Shown: piece after piece, positions 51,143-60,342 of the stretch | Layout: each line of letters starts with the position of its first letter | Position numbering within the stretch: position 1 is the stretch's first letter | Virus record (IMG/VR): IMGVR_UViG_3300020165_003419 | Span: 1-64,000 of that record | Reading direction: 5' to 3' (one strand) | DNA: 64,000 bases | DNA from: a virus | Made by a program: the position numbers and the translations under genes | The notes under the pieces: generated by a model | Databases searched by the model: none | The model's input: only the letters and a program-made list of their open reading frames with translations | What the model was told of the DNA's origin: nothing

Positions 51143-51873
51143 GCATCACCTTTCTTTTCCATATATACTAATGCGTTAGTGGAGTGGTAAGAGTTGAGTG
51201 TGCCGGCATCGGCCCACCTTTCTTCCAAAATAGAATAACCACAGGTCCCTTCTTCAATAAATTTGTTATTAATACTTGTGATCTCATACTCACCGCGGTC
51301 TGACATGTCGGCATGTTCAATAATATCAAATACACCATTGGTGTAGAAATAGATCCCTACACACGCCAATTTGCTTTTTGGGTGTGCTGGTTTCTCTTCT
51401 ATTTCGATGATCTTATCTCCCTCAAAAACGCCAACTCCGTACCTTCTTGGATCATCTACATGTTTAAAAAATACTTTACAGTTATCTTCTGAGCTTAAAA
51501 AGTGCTCTACGTGAGGTCTTAGATCTTCTTTGAAAATGTTATCTCCCAGAATTACAACGCACGAACTATCTCCCACAAATCCCTCACATAAACGCAGGGC
51601 GCCAGCAATTCCATCAGGCTTGTCTTGTACCTTGTAAGTAAAACTACACCCGTGATCTGCTCCAGAGCCAAGGAGAGACATCATATCCCCACAGTGTTCT
51701 ACTCCGGTTACAATCATAATATCTTTTATTCCTGCTTCTACAAGGCGCGCTATCGGATGATAAATCATAGGTACATCCCCAACTGGTAGCAGGTGTTTAT
51801 TTGTTACTTTAGTAAGCGGGTACAGACGAGTGCCCATTCCACCAGCCAGTACTATTCCTTTAATGTTTTTCAT
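51139..51873 (-). CDS. rmlA: Glucose-1-phosphate thymidylyltransferase-like nucleotidyltransferase
   Basis: GIVLAGGMGTRLYPLTKVTNKHLLPV, LGDNIF, IEEKP, SDRGEYEIT, WADAGT. Confidence 0.9.
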   Translation of the reverse strand: MKNIKGIVLAGGMGTRLYPLTKVTNKHLLPVGDVPMIYHPIARLVEAGIKDIMIVTGVEHCGDMMSLLGSGADHGCSFTYKVQDKPDGIAGALRLCEGFVGDSSCVVILGDNIFKEDLRPHVEHFLSSEDNCKVFFKHVDDPRRYGVGVFEGDKIIEIEEKPAHPKSKLACVGIYFYTNGVFDIIEHADMSDRGEYEITSINNKFIEEGTCGYSILEERWADAGTLNSYHSTNALVYMEKKGDA

Positions 51874-52813
51874 TATACCACTCTATTGTTTTTTTCAATC
51901 CGTCTTCAAAAGTCGTTGAGGGATTCCAACCTAACTCATTAATAATTTTACTACTATCAATTGCATATCTTTGGTCATGACCCAGGCGATCTTTAACATA
52001 TTCAATGCTTTCGGACGGCTTTACATTCATTATAGCACATATTTCTTCAATAACATCAATATTTTTCTTTTCACAATCGGAACCTATACAATAAGTTTCC
52101 CCAGTTCTTCCTTTTGTAAAGACATCCCATATTGCTGCACAGTGATCTTCGACGTAAATCCAGTCTCTGATATTAGTACCGCTGCCGTACAGTGGGATTT
52201 TTCTGCCGTCTAATATACAATTAATGACAGTGGGAATAAATTTTTCACTGTGTTGATTGGGTCCATAATTATTTGAGCAATTCGATATAGTTATAGGCAT
52301 ATCGTATGTGTGGTGGTACGCACGCACAAGCATATCAGACGATGCTTTTGATGCAGAATATGGATTCTTTGGGTTATAAGGGGTATTTTCGTCAAACTTG
52401 CCGGTTGGTCCCAGATCCCCATATACCTCATCAGTCGATACATGATGAAATCTTTGGATATCAAACTCCATGCACATCTTTAACAAATTAAAAGTACCAA
52501 CAATGTTGCTTTGAATAAAAGCACTAGCATCTTTAATTGAGTTATCAACATGACTCTCGGCGGCCAAATGAATTATATGTGTAATCTTATGATTGTATAT
52601 GGTTCCTCTAAGGTTTTCAATGTCGCATAAGTCAATTTTTGCGAAAGAATACTTTGGGTTATTGATAAACTCATCTGTATTCTTTAAATCTGCGGCATAT
52701 GTCAGAGAATCCAAATTAACAATCTTGGAGACTTCGCTTGTTTTCTGTTCTAATATAAATTTTATGAGGTTGGAGCCGATAAAGCCACAACCTCCTGTTA
52801 CAAGTATATTCAT
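51860..52813 (-). CDS. rmlB: dTDP-glucose 4,6-dehydratase
   Basis: VTGGCGFIGSN, LTYA, HLAAESHVDNSI, HVSTDEVYG, PYSASKASSD, NNYGP, DRLGHDQRYAID. Confidence 0.95.
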   Translation of the reverse strand: MNILVTGGCGFIGSNLIKFILEQKTSEVSKIVNLDSLTYAADLKNTDEFINNPKYSFAKIDLCDIENLRGTIYNHKITHIIHLAAESHVDNSIKDASAFIQSNIVGTFNLLKMCMEFDIQRFHHVSTDEVYGDLGPTGKFDENTPYNPKNPYSASKASSDMLVRAYHHTYDMPITISNCSNNYGPNQHSEKFIPTVINCILDGRKIPLYGSGTNIRDWIYVEDHCAAIWDVFTKGRTGETYCIGSDCEKKNIDVIEEICAIMNVKPSESIEYVKDRLGHDQRYAIDSSKIINELGWNPSTTFEDGLKKTIEWYNEKH

Positions 52814-53460
52814 TATTTTCTAAACCCATATAGTTCATTACTATAATAACTTGTTTCAAAACCTAATGCAACTAATTTATTTGATAAACCGTCTATTAAT
52901 CGCTGTAATAAACCCGGGTCACTTGGATCCTGAATATAATGAACTTCCATTGACAACTGTTTTATTTTTTCTGCTACTTCAAGAGTCATAGTCTCCACTA
53001 AATCAAATTCAGCGCCTTCAATATCTAACTTTAGGTAATCTATTTGTCCCAATTCATATAAATCAAATATCTTTTTTAAGGTAATTGTTTCAACTATTGT
53101 TTCTTTTCTTTTTTTTCCACGTTCAGCAGCAAATGGGTCGTACATCCCGTTCATATTGCCCCACTCTGGGAGGTCTTCATATTCAATAAATTTTTCGTGG
53201 GTGTTACTGCTTTCTCCCACTAAGATTTTGTTGTATATTTTTACGTCCGAAACTCCTTTAAATTCAGCAGGCATGTTTGCGCTGTTTAGTGAAGAAGCTT
53301 CGAAACCTATGATCTTAAATTTTTCTGGATTTGTGTAGCAATGCAATTCATTAATAAAATCACCTTGACATACTCCTCCATCAATTATAGTTGCATTTTC
53401 TGGCAACATTTCAAAATTAATAATGTGTCCCAGATGTTTGCCTAAATATATGAGCGACAT
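52813..53460 (-). CDS. FkbM-family methyltransferase
   Basis: IIDGGVCQGDF...VETITL...IDYLKLDIEGAEF...QLSMEVH. Confidence 0.85.
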   Translation of the reverse strand: MSLIYLGKHLGHIINFEMLPENATIIDGGVCQGDFINELHCYTNPEKFKIIGFEASSLNSANMPAEFKGVSDVKIYNKILVGESSNTHEKFIEYEDLPEWGNMNGMYDPFAAERGKKRKETIVETITLKKIFDLYELGQIDYLKLDIEGAEFDLVETMTLEVAEKIKQLSMEVHYIQDPSDPGLLQRLIDGLSNKLVALGFETSYYSNELYGFRK

Positions 53461-53469
53461 GTTCCTGCT

Positions 53470-54807
53470 TTATTTTTTAACGTTATTTATATTTGTGCCA
53501 ATTGGCGTTGATGTTGATTGGGCTTCTAATTCTCTCATATCCCCAAATCCACCAAATTGCGATGAATCTTCTTGTCTTTCGCATAACAACAAATCATACT
53601 TAGTCTTAAAATATGCTTGCTGGGCTTTTAATTCGATGTTCGTAAAATGTTCTGTGGACCAGAAATCATTTGAATATTCATCTGCTGTTTCCCAGTTTAC
53701 GTTCTCGTGCAACTTTGGATCGTATAATTGTGTTCCGGGATACGGGCATAAAATTGTAAACCCAACCACATCTGGTCTAATCTCATCAATTAATTTTTCA
53801 GTGAGCAGTAGGTCTTCTCTTGTTTCATTAGGCATACCAAACAAGAAGAAGCCGCGTCTTTCTACTCCATATTTCTTAGCCCAAGCAAATACATTCTTGA
53901 TTGTTTTAACCTGTAGACCCTTGCCAACGTCGCGGAGGATTCTATCACTACCGCTTTCACATCCAATATTTACTTGGTGACACTGGGATTCTTTAAGCCA
54001 TTTAAACATCTCTTCGCTTGCAAAGCTAGCATGAATAAGGCACTCCCATTCTGTGGTGATTCCTCTCTTGATTTTTTCTTTGCAAAACTCAATAACAAAA
54101 GCAGCTGAGATATCAAAGGTTGCATCTACAAACTTAAAGTAAGTCAAGTCAAGTTCTTCGATTACTGATTCTATTTCATCACAAAGCTCGCTAACATCTC
54201 TGCTTCTGATCGGATTGTTGCGGCGGTGAAACCTGCCCGACACAATTCGTTCTGCACAAAAAGCGCAGTTAACAGGACATACCCTGTTACATTGAAAGGA
54301 TGCTGTGCGCTTACCATTCATGGACTCGCACAAATCAACGGTTCTGTAATTTTTGATTATACTACGGTCTGGCCATGGCAATTCTTGCATTGGCGGCTTG
54401 GTTCCTTGTATAACAGGGTCTGTTCGACCATTTACAATTTCTAAGAACACCTCTTCACCTTCGCCAATAACAACTTGATCAACATAAGGATGTGCAGCGC
54501 ACTCTTGTGGGAGTGCTGATGGATGGAAGCCACCAAATACTGTTCGTATTTCAGGATTTCTTTTCTTCATTGCCTCTGCTAATCTTAGGGCATGCGGCCA
54601 TGCAGGAGAGGTGCAAGAAAACCCTACAACATCTGCGTCAATTGAGCCTTCAATAATCACTTCATCTGTATCAAAGTTTCCCTGGTAGCATTCTACCTCA
54701 AGATCTCCAACAAAATGTTTCTTCAAATACCCCGCAATGAAGCCTAAACCAATTGGTTCCCAGATATTTTCATAATATGGTTGTACTAATACTACTTTTG
54801 TTGTCAT
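53470..54807 (-). CDS. Cobalamin (B12)-binding radical SAM protein
   Basis: PIGLGFIAGYL, DVVGFS, VFGGFHPS, IGEGE (B12 domain); CPVNCAFC cluster motif; GCESGS, FGMPNET, PYPGT. Confidence 0.9.
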   Translation of the reverse strand: MTTKVVLVQPYYENIWEPIGLGFIAGYLKKHFVGDLEVECYQGNFDTDEVIIEGSIDADVVGFSCTSPAWPHALRLAEAMKKRNPEIRTVFGGFHPSALPQECAAHPYVDQVVIGEGEEVFLEIVNGRTDPVIQGTKPPMQELPWPDRSIIKNYRTVDLCESMNGKRTASFQCNRVCPVNCAFCAERIVSGRFHRRNNPIRSRDVSELCDEIESVIEELDLTYFKFVDATFDISAAFVIEFCKEKIKRGITTEWECLIHASFASEEMFKWLKESQCHQVNIGCESGSDRILRDVGKGLQVKTIKNVFAWAKKYGVERRGFFLFGMPNETREDLLLTEKLIDEIRPDVVGFTILCPYPGTQLYDPKLHENVNWETADEYSNDFWSTEHFTNIELKAQQAYFKTKYDLLLCERQEDSSQFGGFGDMRELEAQSTSTPIGTNINNVKK

Positions 54808-55437
54808 TTATCGACCCTCCTTATATACATCATATATAGATAAGTCTTGGTATTCTCGCTCTAAATCATCGTTGTGATCTGCAATGCCGAGCATTAAAAC
54901 AAGACCTTTTGCAGCAATCTCCGGTAACATGTAATAATTCCAACCTAACATATCAAAGTGATCTACCATGTGATCTACCGGATTTCTACCAAAATAGCGA
55001 GCCCTCTTAAGCCACTCATACGCTTCTTTATCATCGGTTAGAATCATACCGCCCTTACCAAGCTTCAAGAACTTGTGGGGTCCACTAAACGAAATACATT
55101 GCATTTGTCCCGGTCGGTACATATCCTTAGTAAATCTTAAGGCACTGTCCCAAACTGGCAATGGAGAAAGTTGGTATTCTCCTTTTAATTTATTTCCGGC
55201 GAGAGCTGGGTGTTCTTTATCAAACTTTACGTGATTACCAGACTGTATGATAGCGCAGGGTACCGACATAAAGGTTCTTGCAGGAATAGTTAATTCTTGT
55301 CCTTGGGTTTTCAGATACTTAAGACACAAGAACATACCATTAGTTGCGTTGTCCACTGCGACGGCATATTTGGCGCCGGTGTACTCGGCTACTGTTTCTT
55401 CAAACATGTGCGTAACTTCGTATGGGTTGTGTTTCAT
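54808..55437 (-). CDS. Short DegT/DnrJ/EryC1/StrS-family PLP aminotransferase
   Basis: FEETVAEYTGAKYAVAVDNATNG, DSA, SFSGPHKFL..GKGGMILTDD, GWNY; only 209 aa. Confidence 0.75.
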   Translation of the reverse strand: MKHNPYEVTHMFEETVAEYTGAKYAVAVDNATNGMFLCLKYLKTQGQELTIPARTFMSVPCAIIQSGNHVKFDKEHPALAGNKLKGEYQLSPLPVWDSALRFTKDMYRPGQMQCISFSGPHKFLKLGKGGMILTDDKEAYEWLKRARYFGRNPVDHMVDHFDMLGWNYYMLPEIAAKGLVLMLGIADHNDDLEREYQDLSIYDVYKEGR

Positions 55438-56096
55438 TTGATACCTCGTAACTTCTTGTATATCATTTCAGCAACCATAAAATCAAATTCTGTATCAATA
55501 TCAATTGATTCAATTTCATCTAACACTTTAAAAGTGGGGTTATCTGTCACTACGTTTCTATATTTTATCATATCTTTTTTAGAGATTATGCAGATTCCAT
55601 AAGTTACTGCGTTAATATCTGGTAAATCTTGGCTGTTGGGCGACTCTGCAATGTCGTAGTTTAATGGTTTACCATCTAACCACATGTGATGTTTAATTTG
55701 AGACACTGTTACAAGATTTTCTAACTCATCATCTTGTTTAAATTTCTGAATACAGTCATGATATGTCTCTAACGATATCATTGGACACGTAACCGGGCTG
55801 TACATAAGATACTCTGCATCCATGCAGTGAGCTAGATTTTCAAAAAATTCAGAATTAGAAGCTTCGGAACTAGCGTGATACTGGTCACGAGTGTGAGTTT
55901 TTACTCCATGTTCTCTGGCAATAGAAAGCATTTTTTCACAATCGGAACTTACCACGATATCGTCTACAAGTTTGACTTGCTTAAGTTGATTAATTTTTAA
56001 TTCTAATAAGTTCGTATCTGCAAATGGCTTAAGGTTTTTGTTTTTAACTCTTACTGAGCCTTTACGCACTGGGATTACTGCTGTTATTTTTCTCAC
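55434..56096 (-). CDS. Acylneuraminate cytidylyltransferase family (NeuA/PseF-like)
   Basis: AVIPVRKGSVRVKNKN, IVVSSD, PVTCP, SIDIDTEFDF. Confidence 0.88.
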   Translation of the reverse strand: MRKITAVIPVRKGSVRVKNKNLKPFADTNLLELKINQLKQVKLVDDIVVSSDCEKMLSIAREHGVKTHTRDQYHASSEASNSEFFENLAHCMDAEYLMYSPVTCPMISLETYHDCIQKFKQDDELENLVTVSQIKHHMWLDGKPLNYDIAESPNSQDLPDINAVTYGICIISKKDMIKYRNVVTDNPTFKVLDEIESIDIDTEFDFMVAEMIYKKLRGIK

Positions 56097-57073
56097 TTAA
56101 GCCTCTCAAGGATCTCGCTCCAGTTGTTGGTGAATTCGATTGCTTTATCATCAATATAAAATTTTGCTCTTGGCTTCTCATGTGTGATTTCAGACACGTA
56201 ATCGCGTACACCATGAAATTCCAGCCACTCATCAACCAGTTCATAGCCTGTTTTGCCGTTTACAAACGGTCTGTCCGGGCGTACCTTGGCGGAAAAAATA
56301 ATAATGTTCCAGTCATCCGCCAGAGATTTTATTGCTTCCAGGGCGCCTTCTATGGGCGCCCCATAACACGTGCCATCGTGCCAGCCTTTATCAAATGTAT
56401 GCACGACACCGTCAAAGTCAATAGCTAAGTTTGCCAATTGACTCTCTAGTCCGGGCGGAACCTCTTGATTGTGGGTCTCAACCTCTGACTCGATGCCAAG
56501 TTTTTCAAATCTTCTTTCTTGGGCCTTCTTAGAAATAGTAGGACACATAAACCCTGCATCATGGATTAACTGGTATGTCATCGTTAGCGACAAAATCTCT
56601 GAGGTATGATAATATTTGGCGTGCTGAATAACTTGGATGACCTTGGGGTTTATTCCCTTCTCTTTTGGCTGTGCTGCCCAAAGTGCGCTTGGGATTCCTT
56701 GGTCTGCTGCCCAATTCAGTGCGGTTGCAAGACAATCAGATGATGCTCCATTAGTTGAGCAGGATAACCCAATAGCCAAGCATTCACTTTTGTCGAGGTT
56801 TCTTGTTCTGATCTCCAACCAATTTTGAATCCAATCATTGAAGCTTGTATCTCCCTGAATCGAAGTAACAACTACTCCGCCGCCGGGAGCATATACGTTC
56901 TTATCTGTTAGTCGCGATGCATCAACTGCAGCGTGCTCAGCAATACTCATATTACCGCCGTGACCAAAAAAGAAAACGTGCTTGGCGTCATTGTAAAGTT
57001 CTTGTAGCTGTTGAAATTCATCTGTAGCTACAATCGCTCTGAATTTATTTTCCATTGATTCAATGTCTAACAT
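56093..57073 (-). CDS. SIS-domain sugar-phosphate isomerase fused to a HAD-superfamily phosphatase
   Basis: VFFFGHGGNMSIAEHAAVD...IGLSCS (GmhA-like SIS); LAIDFDGVV...IIFSA...KPRAKFYIDDKA (HAD motifs I-IV). Confidence 0.75.
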   Translation of the reverse strand: MLDIESMENKFRAIVATDEFQQLQELYNDAKHVFFFGHGGNMSIAEHAAVDASRLTDKNVYAPGGGVVVTSIQGDTSFNDWIQNWLEIRTRNLDKSECLAIGLSCSTNGASSDCLATALNWAADQGIPSALWAAQPKEKGINPKVIQVIQHAKYYHTSEILSLTMTYQLIHDAGFMCPTISKKAQERRFEKLGIESEVETHNQEVPPGLESQLANLAIDFDGVVHTFDKGWHDGTCYGAPIEGALEAIKSLADDWNIIIFSAKVRPDRPFVNGKTGYELVDEWLEFHGVRDYVSEITHEKPRAKFYIDDKAIEFTNNWSEILERLK

Positions 57074-57081
57074 TTTTTAAT

Positions 57082-57801
57082 TTATCCTATATTATTTTGA
57101 TCTGCTGTCGGGAAGATATCTAATGACACTGGGTTTATTGAGTATATTTCAACGTCTGGGTAATTCTCTTCTATCCACCCTTTTACAATTCCCCAGTATC
57201 TAGCTATCCAATAACCGGCTCCTTGATCTTTACCGATCATTATTTTTGCAAATGTGCCGTTATCATAATTACAATCATGCCCAACAAGGTATATTTTTTT
57301 TACACCGCAATATAGCATGAACTGTAGCACCTCAAAAGATATAGAAGCGACTGCCATAAGTGGTCCGATTGTTATATCTTTTTTAAACATACAGGTGTCA
57401 GGATTTCCATCGCTATCACATTCATAATATTTTGCATTTTTAATTCTACCGGGCATTTGACCAGATCGAGGTACAACTCCAATCTCTGGGATCTCTATAA
57501 CTCTGTTGTCTTCCCAAATTGGATGTCTAATAAATTTTTGTATATTCGGTTTATACTCGTTGTATTCTGCATATCTATAATAAAACTTTGCTGGAACCTG
57601 TGGCATTGCATCTCCCATAAACCAATAATCTAAATTTAAATCTAGAAATATTTGATCGTTTACACCATATCTTAACACGTCCGGGGGCAGCTGTCCACTA
57701 TTAAATTCAAGAATTGTTGGTCCTGAACCGAATAATACAGCGCTGGCGCCCTCGTGTTTATTGTGGTACTCGGCAAATGCGTTCCAGTTAAGCACACTCA
57801 T
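57082..57801 (-). CDS. DUF115/Maf-like (sialyltransferase-related) protein
   Basis: AVLFGSGPT, YGVN, SISFEVLQFMLYCGVKKIYLVGHDC. Confidence 0.65.
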   Translation of the reverse strand: MSVLNWNAFAEYHNKHEGASAVLFGSGPTILEFNSGQLPPDVLRYGVNDQIFLDLNLDYWFMGDAMPQVPAKFYYRYAEYNEYKPNIQKFIRHPIWEDNRVIEIPEIGVVPRSGQMPGRIKNAKYYECDSDGNPDTCMFKKDITIGPLMAVASISFEVLQFMLYCGVKKIYLVGHDCNYDNGTFAKIMIGKDQGAGYWIARYWGIVKGWIEENYPDVEIYSINPVSLDIFPTADQNNIG

Positions 57802-58394
57802 TTTAATTTTCCAATATAAACAGGAATATTTCTTTTGTCTCCACCAAGTAATTTATTATTTGTAAGCCTCTGCCTGTTTTCAAATGTTTTATCAAACCAG
57901 TTTTCAAGTGTGGGCTGAAACGCCGGATCTTCGACTTCGTTGCCATAATCTATAACAAAACAATTTTTTACTCTCAAGTTTTCAAAAATGTCTGTATAAT
58001 AATTTTGTGGAGTTTCTGATAGGCAGTGTGTTTCGATTATCATATCCCATTCTTCGTCAAAAACTTTTTTATATTCGCTAGATTTAAAAAATCTAACATT
58101 ATCGCCAACATTTTGTTTGATGAGATCGAAATGTGCCTCAAGATCTAATATTGCGTAATCCACATTTTTATTTAATTGTAAAATATTTTTTGCCAAAAAT
58201 CCATTACCGGCGCCAATTTCTAATATTTTACCACTAAAATCAGAATAATGTTCTGACCACAGGTTAACATATTCTTGGTCACCGGTGGAAGATATTTTTC
58301 CTACTGGTGAGCTTGAGTTAAACCATGTTGGTTTTACGTTGTTTTCTTTGCTATCATTTGGAACCATTCCAGGTGCTAATTTCCATTTTGACAT
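57798..58394 (-). CDS. SAM-dependent (putative sugar O-) methyltransferase
   Basis: KILEIGAGNGFLA, YAILDL, THCLSE. Likely start is ATG 58394 with an AGGAG RBS. Confidence 0.7.
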   Translation of the reverse strand: MSKWKLAPGMVPNDSKENNVKPTWFNSSSPVGKISSTGDQEYVNLWSEHYSDFSGKILEIGAGNGFLAKNILQLNKNVDYAILDLEAHFDLIKQNVGDNVRFFKSSEYKKVFDEEWDMIIETHCLSETPQNYYTDIFENLRVKNCFVIDYGNEVEDPAFQPTLENWFDKTFENRQRLTNNKLLGGDKRNIPVYIGKLK

Positions 58395-58398
58395 ACTC

Positions 58399-59349
58399 CT
58401 ATCCCAATCCTCTTTTAATGTTGACGTATGGATTGACGAAATCGGCAACATTTAGTGCCTTGATTATCTCATCAATTCCCTCTTCAATCGTAACCTCTGT
58501 TTTAAAGCCAAGAGCTTTTATCTTATCATAACTTACGATGTAATTTCTCTTATCTGCGTCTTCACCAATTTCTTCGAAGTGAATGAATCCATTAGTTTTA
58601 TCGGCTACCATGCGGCAGACATCTTCTTTACTGTAGTTCATTGAGTCATCACCAATATTATATACATTGTTGACCATCTTATCAACGTTGTTGACCGCTA
58701 GCATAAAAGCGTTGGCCATGTCTGAAACATGGATAAACGTTCTCATAAAGTGTTTCTCGTAAACAACCAAATACCCATCACGCAAACACTTGTTGGTGAA
58801 GTCATTAATGAGCAAGTCAAGTCGAAGACGAGGAGAAACACCGAATGCGGTAGCAAATCGATACGCGATAACATTACCGCGCGCCATTAGCATGTGCTCT
58901 GCTTCTGTTTTTGTTTCTCCATATAGGCTCAACGGATTAAGAGGCGATTCTTCCGTACAAATATCCGTTACCTTGCCATAGTTGCTTCCAGTCGAACCAT
59001 ATAAGATTATCTGTTCTGGGCTGGTAGCGTCAATTATATTCTGGGTTCCGCCGACGTTAACGTTAGTTGCTAACTCAGGGTTGTTTTTACAGGCAGGGAA
59101 CCCAACAATTGCCGCTAAATGAATAATGATATCCTTATCTTTTACTGCAGCTTCTACGTCCTTCTTGATTGTAACATCTCCGTTAATGAAATGAAAATTC
59201 TTATTCCTGAAAAACGAGAGAAGTTGATTACCTCCTTGCATCAGATTATCAAACACTGTCACCTCATGCCCAGCTTCGATAAGCTTGGGTAACAGTGCGG
59301 TACCTACATACCCGGCGCCCCCGGTGACTAAAATTCTTTTCTTTACCAT
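58399..59349 (-). CDS. NAD-dependent epimerase/dehydratase (extended SDR)
   Basis: VTGGAGYVG, HLAAIVG, YGETK (YxxxK), RFATAFGVSPRLRLDLLIN. Confidence 0.9.
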   Translation of the reverse strand: MVKKRILVTGGAGYVGTALLPKLIEAGHEVTVFDNLMQGGNQLLSFFRNKNFHFINGDVTIKKDVEAAVKDKDIIIHLAAIVGFPACKNNPELATNVNVGGTQNIIDATSPEQIILYGSTGSNYGKVTDICTEESPLNPLSLYGETKTEAEHMLMARGNVIAYRFATAFGVSPRLRLDLLINDFTNKCLRDGYLVVYEKHFMRTFIHVSDMANAFMLAVNNVDKMVNNVYNIGDDSMNYSKEDVCRMVADKTNGFIHFEEIGEDADKRNYIVSYDKIKALGFKTEVTIEEGIDEIIKALNVADFVNPYVNIKRGLG

Positions 59350-59630
59350 ATTGATAACCTTCCTAATAAAATATCTTTAAACATAATCCAATCAGCTATT
59401 TTTGCTTTTACTGGATCATTGAATGCTGCTGGTTTGTTTTTTTCGAAAACATAATGTCCTGTCCAAGCAAATGGATATACGACGAATGGCGCGAACAGCA
59501 AACCGAACCATGCGTTATTAACTATTATAACACCTACATACAAAATTGTAAGCCATAAACCAATAAAATGCAATAATCTGCATTTTGGGTGGGTGTGTAA
59601 TTTTAAATAATTTTGATAATACTCATGCAT
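59343..59630 (-). CDS. DUF962/Mpo1-like membrane protein
   Basis: YLKLHTHPKCRLLHFIG...AWTGHYVFEKNKPAAF. Confidence 0.8.
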   Translation of the reverse strand: MHEYYQNYLKLHTHPKCRLLHFIGLWLTILYVGVIIVNNAWFGLLFAPFVVYPFAWTGHYVFEKNKPAAFNDPVKAKIADWIMFKDILLGRLSIW

Positions 59631-60342
59631 TTTCTTTTATAAACCTCTGGAATCTTTCTATTATCTCATCTTTGCTATACAGATAGGGACCTGTTCTTCC
59701 CCAATGAATCGAATGAGCAGTTAACATATTCTCATGTACAACTTTTTCGGGGTCTGTGCATAAATAGTCTGACTTGAATAACTTAAGTATATCATGAAAA
59801 AGTATCGGCTCTGTAGCTATGTTTAACGTTTTAAGTTTCGCGTTTTGCATTATTATTATGTCTTGCCACAGTAAGTCTAAGCAGTAATATTGAAAAGTTG
59901 AATCTTGGTGTGGTAAATAACTCTCTTCTTTGTTTAACAGATCGTAGATTGCATTCTTTCTCAATCCATCTCCAAACAAAGACGGCAACCGCACAACAGA
60001 GACATCATCAAAATGATTTTTTAAATATGTCTCCAGATAAAGACGATTTTGACCATATGCGTTATCAGCAGGGTTATCGTAAACAGCGATTGTAGAGATA
60101 AGAATTAATTTTTTAAATTTTGTTTTTTCTAAATTTTTAATCAATCTTTGAATTTGTGCAAAGTCTTCTTTTGGCTGCTTATTCGCTTTCCATTTTACGC
60201 TACTTACGCCAGCACACACTATCAACTCAAATTGTTGACCAGAAATCTCTTCAATGTTTTTAGAATTATAGTATCTGTCAAATTGCGTTTGTTCTGATAA
60301 ATTTGAACCAACAAACCCAGTGTGCCCGATAAGTGCTTTCAT
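59623..60342 (-). CDS. NAD-dependent epimerase/dehydratase-like protein
   Basis: ALIGHTGFVGSNL, ISTIAVY, YGQNR, VRLPSLFG. Confidence 0.75.
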   Translation of the reverse strand: MKALIGHTGFVGSNLSEQTQFDRYYNSKNIEEISGQQFELIVCAGVSSVKWKANKQPKEDFAQIQRLIKNLEKTKFKKLILISTIAVYDNPADNAYGQNRLYLETYLKNHFDDVSVVRLPSLFGDGLRKNAIYDLLNKEESYLPHQDSTFQYYCLDLLWQDIIIMQNAKLKTLNIATEPILFHDILKLFKSDYLCTDPEKVVHENMLTAHSIHWGRTGPYLYSKDEIIERFQRFIKENA

